Of a stretch of 64,000 bases of DNA, positions 10,421 to 22,159 are shown one piece after another. Position 1 is the first letter of the stretch; every line of letters starts with the position of its first letter. The translations under genes and the position numbers were made by a program. Origin of the DNA: Thermoanaerobaculia bacterium (GTDB lineage Bacteria > Acidobacteriota > Thermoanaerobaculia > UBA5066); assembly GCA_963816185.1 (NCBI GenBank), contig CAWFJJ010000001.1, positions 480,001 through 544,000 on the forward strand, given 5' to 3'. Below the pieces are notes generated by a model. That model ran no database searches and was not told the DNA's origin. It saw only the letters and a program-made list of their open reading frames with translations.

Positions 10421-11857
10421 TCAGAGCTGGAGAATTTCGCGCAGCATGGCCGCGTCCCGGGTGATGACGTCGCTCCGTTCGGGACGCGCCGTCAGGGCGA
10501 CGACCTGCTCGGTGAGCCGCGGGTCGTCGCTCGTCCACTCCTGCCCGATCTGCTCGGAGGGAGCGGCCTGCTTGGCGAGAAAGATCAACCGTTCGGCGGC
10601 AGGGCTCCTGGTCGTGACCTGCCCGCTCGAGCCGAGGACATCCTCGACGGTCTGGGGGAGATTCAACTTCCGGGCCAGGACGCGGCCCGCGGCCGCCCGG
10701 AAGCGCGACAGGGCGCCCGCGCGGATCGGACCGGGAGGAAAAGCCACGGAGATCAACAGCTTGAGAAGCTCGTAGCTGCCGAGAGGCTCGAGCAGCCCCA
10801 GCGTGTACGCGTCCTCCCGCTCGAAGCCCTGGTCCTCGGCGAGGTGCGAGCCGGCCACCGCGGTGGACAGCGCCGAGCGTCTCACCACGCGCTCCATCTT
10901 CTCGTCCGACGGCACCTTGGGAGATCCGGCGTCCGCGAGGAGACCCGTGAATCGCCGGATCGCCGGAGCGCCCACGACGCGGACCGCTTCCCGGGCCGTG
11001 CCGATCAGCTCCTTCGGATCCGTGCGAAGGGAGTTCGCGAGGTAGAGAAGGTCGATCGTCAGGAAAGGGTCGAGGGCGGCGATCTGCACGATGCGCTCGG
11101 GCCCGGCGTTCTCGTCGAGGGCCGTCTTCAGCATCGTCGCGGTGTCGTCGTAGATCGGGAAAAGGCGCGCGGGCTCGCGCAGGCGTTTGTGGACGCGGTG
11201 CGCGAAGGCCGTGAAGCCCTGGAACGCCTCGCGCAGGGCCGCGGGCGCCGGCGCCTCGCCGGGCAGGCTTTCGAGAATCGTCCAGAACAGCGCGGCGAGC
11301 GCGTCAGGCTTGAACTCCTTCTCCCAGCGGGCGCCGGTCTCGTCGGCGCCGGCGGCCGCTCCCAGGTTCACGCGGGAGTCGTCCACCGACTTGGCGCCGT
11401 GGAACGCGAGCACCTGCCCGCGGAGAGACAAGTGGATCCTGATGAGGTCCTCGATCTTGAAGAGCGGATCGAATTCGAACGAGGCGCCCGCCCAGTGGAA
11501 GAGGTCGAGAAGGATCTTCATCGCGAGGCCTTCGACGGCCTCCACGAGCTTGTCGCGGCCGAGCAGGCTGCGTTCGAGGATGAGTCGCGTGAGGTTCTTG
11601 CCGGTCGCGAAGCTTTCGGCGAGAAGCTCGTAAACCGACGCCTCGGACAGGACCTTGCGGCGCGTCAGGTAGACGCCGAGGCGCTCGTTCGGCAGGGAGG
11701 AGGACACGAAGACGATCGCGCCGCCCTTGAGGTCGATCGTGCGCAGGACCTCCCCGCGCCAGACCGTCACGCGGCCGGAGAGGGCGTTGATCTCCAGCCA
11801 CTGAAGAAGATCAGCGAGCGAAAAGGTGTCGAGGTTCCCGCTGAGCGTGCGTGCCAC
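10421..11857 (-). CDS. DUF4388 (PatA-N-like) domain fused to an HDOD-like domain
   Basis: LSGNLDTFSLADLLQWLE...SGRVTV, RLGVYL, LFHWAGASFEF; C-half IAALDPFLTIDLLYLANS...AYTLGLL. Confidence 0.78.
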   Translation of the reverse strand: MARTLSGNLDTFSLADLLQWLEINALSGRVTVWRGEVLRTIDLKGGAIVFVSSSLPNERLGVYLTRRKVLSEASVYELLAESFATGKNLTRLILERSLLGRDKLVEAVEGLAMKILLDLFHWAGASFEFDPLFKIEDLIRIHLSLRGQVLAFHGAKSVDDSRVNLGAAAGADETGARWEKEFKPDALAALFWTILESLPGEAPAPAALREAFQGFTAFAHRVHKRLREPARLFPIYDDTATMLKTALDENAGPERIVQIAALDPFLTIDLLYLANSLRTDPKELIGTAREAVRVVGAPAIRRFTGLLADAGSPKVPSDEKMERVVRRSALSTAVAGSHLAEDQGFEREDAYTLGLLEPLGSYELLKLLISVAFPPGPIRAGALSRFRAAAGRVLARKLNLPQTVEDVLGSSGQVTTRSPAAERLIFLAKQAAPSEQIGQEWTSDDPRLTEQVVALTARPERSDVITRDAAMLREILQL

Positions 11858-12046
11858 TGCTCACGCGAGTTTGACACGAAGCCGCCCGGCTAGGAGCCTT
11901 TCTGGGCAACCCTCGCCGACCTACAGACGTTTCTCGACCGGTGAAGGGGGCACGGGGGAAACACGACCGTGTTTCCCCCGACGCTCGCGGCTGCTGGCGC
12001 GCCTTCCCTCCCGTGCGTGCGAAGCACGCGGCGCGCCAGGCGGATC

Positions 12047-13085
12047 TCAGCTTCCCGAGCGCAGAAGGCGCGTGGCCTTCTGGAGCGCGAGGAGTTCGCG
12101 TGCGCCTTTCTGAAGGACCCCGGTCCCGTAGCCCTGCTTCGTGTAGAAGCGATACTCGAGATCGCGGAACGGCACCCCTTTCGGAATGTTGTCCGAGCGG
12201 TAATACCAGGTCTCGACCTCGCCTTCTTCGCCCGCGGAACGCAGGTTCGTCGGATTGAACCTCGTCATGATGTCGTCTGATCTCGAGAGGGCCCTCTTTC
12301 CGACGTACGACGGAGGCCCGAGGATGACCAGCACCCAGCCGCGATCGGAAAGGGAGCCGCGCACCGCCTCCGTCGAGAAATTCCGGTCCGCATACTGGAC
12401 GCGCCGGTAGAACTCGACCTCGTACTCGTTGTCGGGAGTCGCGGGGTCGGGATCGAGATGCTTCCAGAAGCGGAAGACCCATTCACGGCGCGCCGCGTCG
12501 TCCGGGAGCCCCGAGAACTCCCTCTTCTCCTCCTCCGTGAGGAGGTGCCGCACGGGCGTATTCGGCCAGTCGGTCGAACCCGAGTAAGACGGCACCGTCG
12601 TCTCGTCGGCGGGCATCGTCGTGAGGGCCGGAAGAGAGGACGTGGGAGGCGGCGTCGGAGGTGCGACGCGGGCAGCGGCGGCCCGCTGCGCGTCGAAGAA
12701 GGTGCAATAGCTCTTCGGGTAGAAGCCGGGGTCGATTCTGGCGGCAGGCTGGAACTCGAAGTAGCGGGCGAGCTCCCGGCGCGCCCGTTCCTCGTCCTTG
12801 AGCTCCCAGGCGACCGCCGCCGAATAAAAGTGATAGGCGGGGAGGATCCTCGGAAGGGCCGGCTCGCGCTCGGGGGCGACGGCGAGCTCGAGGAGATGGC
12901 GCAGCGCGAGATCCGCGTCCGCCCAGCGTTTCGCGTGGTAGGCGGCTTTCACCTCGACGAGCGTTTCCAAGACGGGATCTTCCGCTGCCAGGAGGGGCGC
13001 CGCGAGGACGGCCGAGAGCAGAAACGTGGGCGCGAGGCGAAGGCGCACTTTCAAACCTCGTAGCGCGGAGACTAGCATCCTGGCC

Positions 13086-13105
<20 letters not shown>
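12047..13105 (-). CDS. GWxTD domain-containing secreted protein
   Basis: [10 protein letters not shown]...[15 protein letters not shown]...[13 protein letters not shown]...[16 protein letters not shown]...ETWYY. True start is probably downstream of 13105, nearer the signal peptide. Confidence 0.85.
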
Positions 13106-14666
<1,561 letters not shown>

Positions 14667-14710
14667 TGCCCGCCCATCGTGATGCCCGCCCCGTCGGAGG
14701 TGCGTCAAAG

Positions 14711-14767
14711 CGGCATTCCATGCGGGTTTGGGAGGTCGAGAAACGCTGCGACCCGCACGGAATGCCG
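14711..14767. repeat. 17-bp inverted repeat (16/17 match)
   Basis: CGGCATTCCATGCGGGT (14711-14727) and ACCCGCACGGAATGCCG (14751-14767); partial third copy ATGCGGGTTTG at 14804-14814. Confidence 0.8.
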
Positions 14768-14842
14768 ACTCGCACCTGTGTAATTCGCCGGAAGGTGCTC
14801 GGAATGCGGGTTTGCGCCGTTCTAACACGGCGCATAAGTCGC

Positions 14843-15004
14843 AAGTCATTGTAAATATGTGACTTGTCGCCTGCACCCAAACATGTGCAAAGTTTTTGGG
14901 GAGGCCATCTAGAGCGCCTTCTCTGTTATTTGCACACGCGAATGCACAGGACAATTCACAGAACCTCTGTGGATCTTCTGAAATCCCTCGTGTTCAAGGG
15001 TTTG
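14843..15004. promoter_or_regulatory. Cluster of DnaA-box-like 9-mers flanked by IHF-like sites (candidate oriC, DARS or datA-like element)
   Basis: TGTGCAAAG 14884, ATTTGCACA 14928, GAATGCACA 14940, CAATTCACA 14952, TGTGGATCT 14968 (1-2 mismatches to TTWTNCACA); IHF-like AAGTCATTGTAAATATGTGACTT 14843-14865 and GTTCAAGGGTTTG 14992-15004. Confidence 0.45.
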
Positions 15005-15608
15005 GCAGTGACCCTTCGTCCCCTTCCGGAAAGGCGAGCGAGCCCTCGACCGACGCGACGCCCGGCTCGAAGCAACGGCGGCAGCGCGCTTCATAGAGAC
15101 CCGCAGCACCGACGATGACGCGCTCGCGCGAGGCGACGAGGCGCTGCGTCCGACTCGCGGGCGCGCCGCAACGCACGCAGATGGCGCGCGTTTTCGTGAT
15201 CTCCTCGGCCGCCGCCATGAGCGCCGGCATCGGCTCGAACGGCCGGCCGAGAAAGTCCTGATCGAGGCCGGCGGCGATCACGCGTTTGCCGAGGTCGGCC
15301 AATCGGCTCGCGACGTCGACGATCCCGGCGTCGAAGAACTGCACCTCGTCGAGGCCCACGACCTCCGTGCGCGCGTCGGTGCGTTCGAGCACCTCGGCCG
15401 AGGACTTGACGGCGAGCGCGAGCAGCCGCAGGCCGCCGTGGGAGACCACCTCGACTTCCGAGAAGCGGTCGTCGATCTTCGGCTTGAAGACCTGCACGCG
15501 CCGCCGCGCGATCTGAGCGCGCGTGAGACGGCGGATCAGCTCTTCGGACTTACCGGAGAACATGGAGCCGCAGATCACTTCGAGAGAACCGGTGCCGGGA
15601 GGGGTCAT
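14994..15608 (-). CDS. tdk: Thymidine kinase
   Basis: [35 protein letters not shown], zinc ligands CVRC...CRRC. Confidence 0.95.
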   Translation of the reverse strand: MTPPGTGSLEVICGSMFSGKSEELIRRLTRAQIARRRVQVFKPKIDDRFSEVEVVSHGGLRLLALAVKSSAEVLERTDARTEVVGLDEVQFFDAGIVDVASRLADLGKRVIAAGLDQDFLGRPFEPMPALMAAAEEITKTRAICVRCGAPASRTQRLVASRERVIVGAAGLYEARCRRCFEPGVASVEGSLAFPEGDEGSLPNP

Positions 15609-16432
15609 TTTCTCGTCCTGCTTGGAGACGAAGAGAAGAAGAAAGACGAAGGTTTCTTAGAAGGCGCGCGAAGGGCCTTCGCATGCCGACCTCGACTCGC
15701 CGCGTCCGCGGCGGTTGCCTTCTTCACCCTCAAAGAAATCTTTCTTTTTCTCTCTCTCTCATTCTTCTTTTCTCTCTCTGCCTTGGCCACGCCGACCTTC
15801 GGACAGACGTCCGCGAGCGTGCACCGCTCGCACTGCGGGCGGCGGGCCGTGCAGATGCGCCGGCCGTGCTGGATGAGCGCATGGCTGATCCAGGTCCAGC
15901 GGGCCTTCGGGATGATCCGGTTGAGGTCGCGTTCGGCTTTCCCTGCGTCCGTCTCGCGTGTCCAGCCGAGGCGCCGCGCGACGCGCCCGACGTGCGTGTC
16001 CACGACGACGCCGTCCGGAGCTCCCCAGACATTTCCGAGGACGACGTTCGCCGTCTTGCGCCCCACGCCCGGCAGGGCGAGAAGGGCCTCCATCGTGCGC
16101 GGGACCTCGCCGCCGTGCTCCGACACGAGGGCGTTCGCCATGCCGCGCAGGGATTTCGCTTTCGCGTTGAAAAAACCCGTCGACCGGATGACCTCTTCGA
16201 GCGCTCCGGGAGGCGAGGCGGCGAGGGCCGACACATCCGGGAAGCGCCGGAAGAGCTCCGGCGTGACCATGTTGACGCGCACGTCGGTGCATTGTGCCGA
16301 GAGAATGGTCGCGACGAGAAGCTCGAGCGGGCTCCGAAAATCGAGCGAGCACGCGGCGTCCCCGTACAGGTGCTCGAGTCGCTTCAGCGTCGGGCCGACC
16401 GGGGCCGCGTTCCGGACTTTTCGATCCGCCAT
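15605..16432 (-). CDS. nth: Endonuclease III with a Lys/Arg/Ser-rich C-terminal tail
   Basis: [17 protein letters not shown], HhH motif [18 protein letters not shown], 4Fe-4S motif [17 protein letters not shown]; ATG at 16432. Confidence 0.95.
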   Translation of the reverse strand: MADRKVRNAAPVGPTLKRLEHLYGDAACSLDFRSPLELLVATILSAQCTDVRVNMVTPELFRRFPDVSALAASPPGALEEVIRSTGFFNAKAKSLRGMANALVSEHGGEVPRTMEALLALPGVGRKTANVVLGNVWGAPDGVVVDTHVGRVARRLGWTRETDAGKAERDLNRIIPKARWTWISHALIQHGRRICTARRPQCERCTLADVCPKVGVAKAEREKKNERERKRKISLRVKKATAADAASRGRHAKALRAPSKKPSSFFFSSSPSRTRK

Positions 16433-16519
16433 TTCAGGGACGGAGCATAACCGCGGCGAGCCGCAAACGAATCCGGAACTCTTGCTTCGAAAGGACCACG
16501 GTGCTAAGACTCGCGCGAC

Positions 16520-18235
16520 GTGAAATTCGGTCGGTCCGTCGCGCGGGCCCTCGCAGCTCTGCTGGCGTGCGCCTCGCTCTCGTCGCCCTCGCTCGCTCGC
16601 GCCGCGGACGGTCGCGTCGTCGTGACGATCCTCGAGACGACGGATCTTCATGGCCACCTACTCCCGTGGGACTACGGGCGTGCGCGGCCCGCCGACGAAG
16701 GCCTCGCCCGTGTGGCCTCGCGGATCGCGGCCATCCGCAGGGAGACCCCGAACGTGCTCCTTCTGGACGACGGAGACACGATACAGGGCACGCCGATCGA
16801 GTATCTCCACGCGCGCCGGCCGAACGACGATCCCGATCCGATGTCCGCGGCGATGAGCGCGGTCCAGTACGACGCGATGGCCGTCGGCAATCACGAGTTC
16901 AACTTCGGGCTCGAGGTGCTCCGCAAGGCGCAGAAGGAGGCCTCCTTCCCGTGGCTCTCGGCGAACACGCGGAATGTCTCCGACGGATCGGCGGCGTTTC
17001 CGGAATACATCGTGAAGACCGTGGGCGGAGTCCGCATCGGCGTCCTCGGGTTGACGACGCCGAACATCCCGACCTGGGAGCCGGAGCGGAACCGCCCGGG
17101 TCTGAGATGGGAGGATCCCGTCGTCACGGCACGGCGGCTCGTTCCGGTTCTGCGAGGGAAAGAGAAGTGCGACTTCGTGGTCGTCCTCATTCACAGCGGG
17201 CCGGAGATCGACCTGAAGACGGGCGCGCCTGACGGCACGGAGGCGGAGAACCGGGTCGCGGCCCTCGCGCGGGACGTGTCGGGCGTCGACCTCCTCCTGA
17301 CCGGCCACACTCACCGGAAGATCCCGCTTACGCGGATCAACGGCGTTCCGCTCATTCAGCCGGGCAGGTGGGGCGAGGTTCTTGCGCGCGTGGACGTGGC
17401 CTTCGAGAAGAACAGCGGCACCTGGCATGTCGCCGGCCTCGAGGGTGCTCTACTGCCTTCCGGGCCTGATGTCGCGACGGACGCAGCCGTCGCGAAGATC
17501 GCCGCGAGGCACGACGAGCGTGCCCGGGCCTACATGGAAGAGCCCGTCGCCGTCGCCGACGACGATTTTCCGGCCGGCCGGGCGCGGCTCGAGGACACTG
17601 CGCTCGTCGACCTCGTGAACGACACGCAGCTCAAGGTCACCGGAGCGGACCTCTCGATGACGTCGCTCATTCCCTCTGGCCGCTACGAAGGCTTCCCGCG
17701 CGGCCGGATCTCCCTGCGGGACGTCTATCGGCTTTACCCGTACGAGAACCAGCTCGTCGTCGTGGAGATCGACGGCGCGGTCCTGAAGAAGATCCTCGAA
17801 CACGCCGCGGAGTTCTACGGAAGCGCGACGTGGCAGGGCGGGCGGCTCGTCCTGAAGCCGAAGGACGGCATGATTCCCTACAACTTCGACGTCGTCGAGG
17901 GCGCGAGCTACCGGATCGACCCGACGGCTCCGGTGGGGTCCCGCATCAAGGACCTGATGTTTCGGGGGCGTCCCGTGAAGAGCGGCGACCGTTTCACGCT
18001 CGCGGTGAACTCGTACCGCGCGCAAGGCTCGGGCGGGTACGCAGCCCTGAGAGGCGTGAAGATCGTCAAGGTCGTGCAGGACGAGATCCGCGAGCTCGTG
18101 ATCGCCCGGCTGCGGGAGCTCGGGCACGTTTCGCCCGTCACCGACCACAACTGGGTCGTCGCGCCTGACGCCGTGTGGGCGCCGGAAGAAAGGGCTCCTA
18201 GTTCGGAGGGAAGTCGAAGTCCCGGATCACGTTGA
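16520..18235 (+). CDS. CpdB-like 2',3'-cyclic-nucleotide phosphodiesterase / nucleotidase (5'-nucleotidase family), periplasmic
   Basis: Signal peptide; ETTDLHGH, DDGDTIQG, GNHEFNFG, HSG, GHTH; LYPYENQL; AVNSYRAQG. Confidence 0.9.
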   Translation: MKFGRSVARALAALLACASLSSPSLARAADGRVVVTILETTDLHGHLLPWDYGRARPADEGLARVASRIAAIRRETPNVLLLDDGDTIQGTPIEYLHARRPNDDPDPMSAAMSAVQYDAMAVGNHEFNFGLEVLRKAQKEASFPWLSANTRNVSDGSAAFPEYIVKTVGGVRIGVLGLTTPNIPTWEPERNRPGLRWEDPVVTARRLVPVLRGKEKCDFVVVLIHSGPEIDLKTGAPDGTEAENRVAALARDVSGVDLLLTGHTHRKIPLTRINGVPLIQPGRWGEVLARVDVAFEKNSGTWHVAGLEGALLPSGPDVATDAAVAKIAARHDERARAYMEEPVAVADDDFPAGRARLEDTALVDLVNDTQLKVTGADLSMTSLIPSGRYEGFPRGRISLRDVYRLYPYENQLVVVEIDGAVLKKILEHAAEFYGSATWQGGRLVLKPKDGMIPYNFDVVEGASYRIDPTAPVGSRIKDLMFRGRPVKSGDRFTLAVNSYRAQGSGGYAALRGVKIVKVVQDEIRELVIARLRELGHVSPVTDHNWVVAPDAVWAPEERAPSSEGSRSPGSR

Positions 18236-19100
18236 AGCCGAAGTGGACGTTCTTGTCCGTGACACCCCCCACGACGATCCTGTTCCCGTTCTTGTCCAGG
18301 GCGGGTACAGCGCCGTAATCGCCCCCCATCATCTGATCGACGGTGGACGCGACCGTGTTGCCGATGTAGAGCCCGAACCTGTGATGGAAAACGGACTTCT
18401 CGAGCATGACCGACCATTGGTAAACGGGCGCCACGTCGACGTACGTGCCCGTTGCGGGGTCGAACCCCTTCAGGTCGGCCTTTGACTTCGGGATGAACTC
18501 TCCCATGAGGGCGATGGACTTGGTGATCTTGATCTGGGCGATCACGGGCACGTTCCAGACGTCCGTCTGGACCGGCGTGCGCTGGACGTACGAGGGCGCA
18601 GCGGCGATCGTGACCCGGTCGAAGAGCGTGCCCGAGACGAGGACCTGCCCGAAGCCGCCGGACTGCTTCTTCAGGCCGAGGCTCGGGAGGTAGGAAGCCG
18701 TGAGCCAGTTCAGGCCGCCACGGGCGCCGATGCCGATCGGAAAGTCCTTCGTCGGCCTCAACAGCGTGACCTTCGCCGCAAACTCGTAATCGGCATTAGA
18801 GCGGGCACGGTAGATCTGCACCGCGAGGTTCTTGAGCGGCACATATTCCACGCCGAGGCCGATCTGGGCCGAGCCGTCGAGTCCCCAGAGGGAGCTTCCG
18901 CCTGCGTCGATGACCGCGGCGTCGAAGCGGTGCGTGATGACGGCCTCGAAAACCCCCGGGTCGTTCGTGAGGGGAGTGTTGGTATTGATGAAGCGGTTTC
19001 CGACGTCCGTGGCGACGCCCTTGATCCCTTCCTGGGCGGCGATCGGGGTACGCCACTCGAAAAGAACCGCCGCCACGCACGCGGCGACCCGGAGGTTCAT
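18198..19100 (-). CDS. DUF5777-like outer-membrane beta-barrel protein
   Basis: Signal peptide; FINTNT...VITHRF...WGLDGSAQIGLG; alternating beta strands; HHRFGLYIGN; C-terminal HFGFNVIRDF. Confidence 0.7.
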   Translation of the reverse strand: MNLRVAACVAAVLFEWRTPIAAQEGIKGVATDVGNRFINTNTPLTNDPGVFEAVITHRFDAAVIDAGGSSLWGLDGSAQIGLGVEYVPLKNLAVQIYRARSNADYEFAAKVTLLRPTKDFPIGIGARGGLNWLTASYLPSLGLKKQSGGFGQVLVSGTLFDRVTIAAAPSYVQRTPVQTDVWNVPVIAQIKITKSIALMGEFIPKSKADLKGFDPATGTYVDVAPVYQWSVMLEKSVFHHRFGLYIGNTVASTVDQMMGGDYGAVPALDKNGNRIVVGGVTDKNVHFGFNVIRDFDFPPN

Positions 19101-19196
19101 CCGCGGCCTCCCCTTACGGCTCGGCCGCGGCACGTACCTGCGATTCTCGCCTTCGGCTCGGCTCTTCGGTTCGCCTTCATCGATGCTCCTTATCCT

Positions 19197-21852
19197 CTAT
19201 TTCGGAATGACGACCGGCAGGACGACGTCGGTGTCGCGGGTCTTGAGGTCCTGCCTGACGAGGACCGCGATGAATGGCGTTGTCCCGTCGGCCGGAACGA
19301 GGTCGACGCGCCCGAGGTCCGTCGAGGCACCGGACATCCAGCCCGGGAGCGACACGGCGCCCCACGCCGGGACAGTCACGGTGCGGCTGCCGACGGCAGT
19401 GCCGTCCGCACCGGTGAAGTTCACCGTGATGGCGCCGGGATTCGGCGACGTCGACGTGATCTGGAGCGTCGAAGAGAAGGCGTCGTTCTGCGTGGCCGAG
19501 AGGAAGACGCCACGCGATCCCGGTGGAATCGCCGAAGGCGAGGCAAAAAAGGTCGCGGGGGCCGTGAAGACGACGTTTCCCCCCGAGGGAAGGGCCGCGC
19601 GGAAGGTGGCGAAGGCCGCGACCTGCTGATCGGCGTTGATGTCGAGCGTCCCCGTGATCGCGCTCGACGGGCTCCCGAGGTCCAACGTGACGACCGCGCC
19701 GGGAGGGACGGTCGCCGTGGCGAGCGAACCGCTCCCGGGCGCCACCGGCCCGTCGACGGGCTGCGCAACCCGTAGGGAGACGCCGACGTTCGCCGGACTC
19801 GTCCCGGGGTTGAAGATCTGAAGCGTGGGCTTGACACCGCCCCCTCGCGTGAAGCCGGCGATCTGGAGTCCGGTGGCGAGCGCCGAGGTTCCGATGGGAT
19901 CGAGGCGCGCGGCGTCCCCGCTCGCCGGATCCGCGGCGGAGCCGAACAGAAGAACACGACCCGTCGTCACCGTGCACACGATGCGTGCGGAGGCGAGCGC
20001 CGGCATGCCGAAGGCGTCGAAGATCGACGTGCCCTGGACGCGGTATCCGCTCGGCCAGTCGTACGCGTAGGAGCCCCGCGATGACGCCGCTCGCGTCGAC
20101 GATCGAGATCGTGCCCGTGGAATCCTCGGTGACGAGGACGCCCGCGATCGTCTGCTGCGCGGCGTCGGGAGACGCGAAGAGAAAGCCCGTGTCGCCCGTG
20201 CCCAGCGCGGCGGCGCCCGTCACGGCATTCGCCGCGTAGCCCAGCGTCCCGCCTCCCGGTGCCGGCACCGACGTGCGCGACCAGGCGAACGTGTCCGCGA
20301 GCTGATCCGTGAAGATGCGGACGCCGCCCAGGGCGTTCGGAACGGCCATGTCGGTGCCGACTAAGTCGTCCTGCGAGACCATCGTTCCGGGTGCCACCGA
20401 ATTGCTCGCCGCTCCCCAGAAGCCCGCGATCCAGCCGTCGGGGAGCAGGGTCTCGCGGGATGTGAGCGTGTGCGTCACGCTGCTCGTATCGGGCGTGCCC
20501 CGGTTCCACGTCACGACCTGCGTTCGCGAGACCCGCGAAGGATCGGACGGGAAGGGCCTGCTCGAGACCGCCGTGAGGTAGAGCTCCGCATTATCGATTT
20601 TCGGCGGAGGTCCGAGAATCCCGAACCCGCCGGCTGTCCCGAAGAAGATTCGCCCGCGCGCCTCGTCGATCAGCATCGACCAGATCGAGAGTCCGCTGTT
20701 TACGATGATCTGCGCGAGCCCCGGTACGGCGCTGCCCGCGTCCGTGAGGTTGGGGGGAACCGTCGAAGTCTGCGTGTCGTTCACGAGCGTGCTGGTGGCC
20801 ACAGGCGCGCCGAGAGTGGATTGGATGGTGGGCGTGACGGTGGTCGACGTCAGCACGGTCGAGGATGTCGGGACCGCCACGGCGGGATCCAGGAATCCCA
20901 CCTGACCCGTCTCGTCCGTGTACGCGACGAGGCCGCGGTAGTTGTGAATGTCGTAAGGCAGGGGGCTCAGGAGCGTGAAGATGTCCAAGGTCCCCGTCTT
21001 TTCGTCGAAGCGGCCCAGCTGCGACGTGTTGAAGAACGAGATCCAGAGCTTGCCGTCCTCGAGGCGCACGATCTTCGAAGGCGAGAAGGACACGTCGGGA
21101 AGGGTCCAGATGGTTGCGGTGGAAACGTCAGGAGGCCATCTCACGAGCAACCCGTAGACGAAGTCTGCGGAGAAAAGCGTTCCATCCGGATCCTGCCAGG
21201 GATGCGTGAGATAAAAGATGTTCGGCGTCACGTAATAGGTGAAATTCGGAACCGACGGGTCAAAGAGAGCGAGATGGCCGCCCGTTTCGGGCAGCCAGAA
21301 CTTGCCGTCCGGGCGTTTCACGAGAGAGGACGGCCGCCTCGATGAATCGGTGTATTCCGTGCAGCTCCCGGTGGCCGGGTCGAAGTGCGCGATCTTGAAG
21401 CCGCCGAGCTCGGTGATCCAGAAGGTTCCGTCGGTGTCCAGGAGAAGCGAGCTCGGCGCGGTGGACGACGGCATGACCCAGCGTGAGAGAGTCATGCGGT
21501 CCGCGGACCAGCGGGAGATCGTGTTGTCCGAGGCGGCGACTCCCCAGATGTTGCCGGCGGAGTCCTTGACGAGGTTTGCCCCATCGAAGTTCCCGATCGC
21601 GAGGCCGGTCGAGGGTACGCCGGTAAACGTCCAGATCTCGGAGCCTGCCGTGAAGGGGCGAGGCGTGGGAGTCGGCGTGGGCGTGGGCGTCGTGGAAGGC
21701 GTTGGCGTGGGGGTCGGCGTCGGCGTGGATGTCGGGCTCGGCGTAGGGGTCGGCGTCGGCTCTTGTGCCAGAGCCGGAAGAGCCAGCGCTACGGAGCCGA
21801 TCGCGAAAAGAAGAAGTCTCCAGTGAGAGGTGTTGCGTGTCACGTCGGGCAT
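19197..21852 (-). CDS. Secreted Vgb-like beta-propeller protein with (PT)n linker and C-terminal beta-sandwich modules; frameshift near 20075
   Basis: Signal ALPALA-Q, then PT repeats and propeller blades (DGTFWITELGGFKIAHFDP, DGKFWLPE, DGKLWISFFNTSQLGRFD). Reading continues in the frame of ORF 19197..20006 after ...DASGVIAG. Confidence 0.72.
21660..21760 (-). repeat. Hexanucleotide coding repeat encoding a Pro-Thr linker
   Basis: Degenerate ggcgtg/ggcgtc repeats; EPTPTPTPSPTSTPTPTPTPTPSTTPTPTPTPTPRP. Confidence 0.9.
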
Positions 21853-22159
21853 TGTAGCGGCCCCCGATGCACGCTCCGTTCCGCGCCTCACGTCGCGAAA
21901 AGTGGCCGGTTTGACGCGCCCGAGATGGTTGGCGTAGGATTGACCCTCGCAGGGCGGCCCCGAACGTCGGAGAGCCCACGGCGCCGCAGACGCGGAGCCG
22001 GAATGGCCGCAGAGACAGCGGCCGCCCCGCCAGGGAGAACCCAAGTCAAGGGCCCGAAGCGCGGAGGATGCGTGCGTTCGTCAGGAACGCCGTCCCCGGC
22101 CGGAAGCCACGAGGGAAGTCCGTTGGCTCGCATGGAGGAGCCAAACCCGGAGGATCAAT

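Noticed and set aside
21660-21760. Tandem repeat as a possible CRISPR or VNTR element
   Set aside because: Coding Pro-Thr linker; no spacers and no cas genes.
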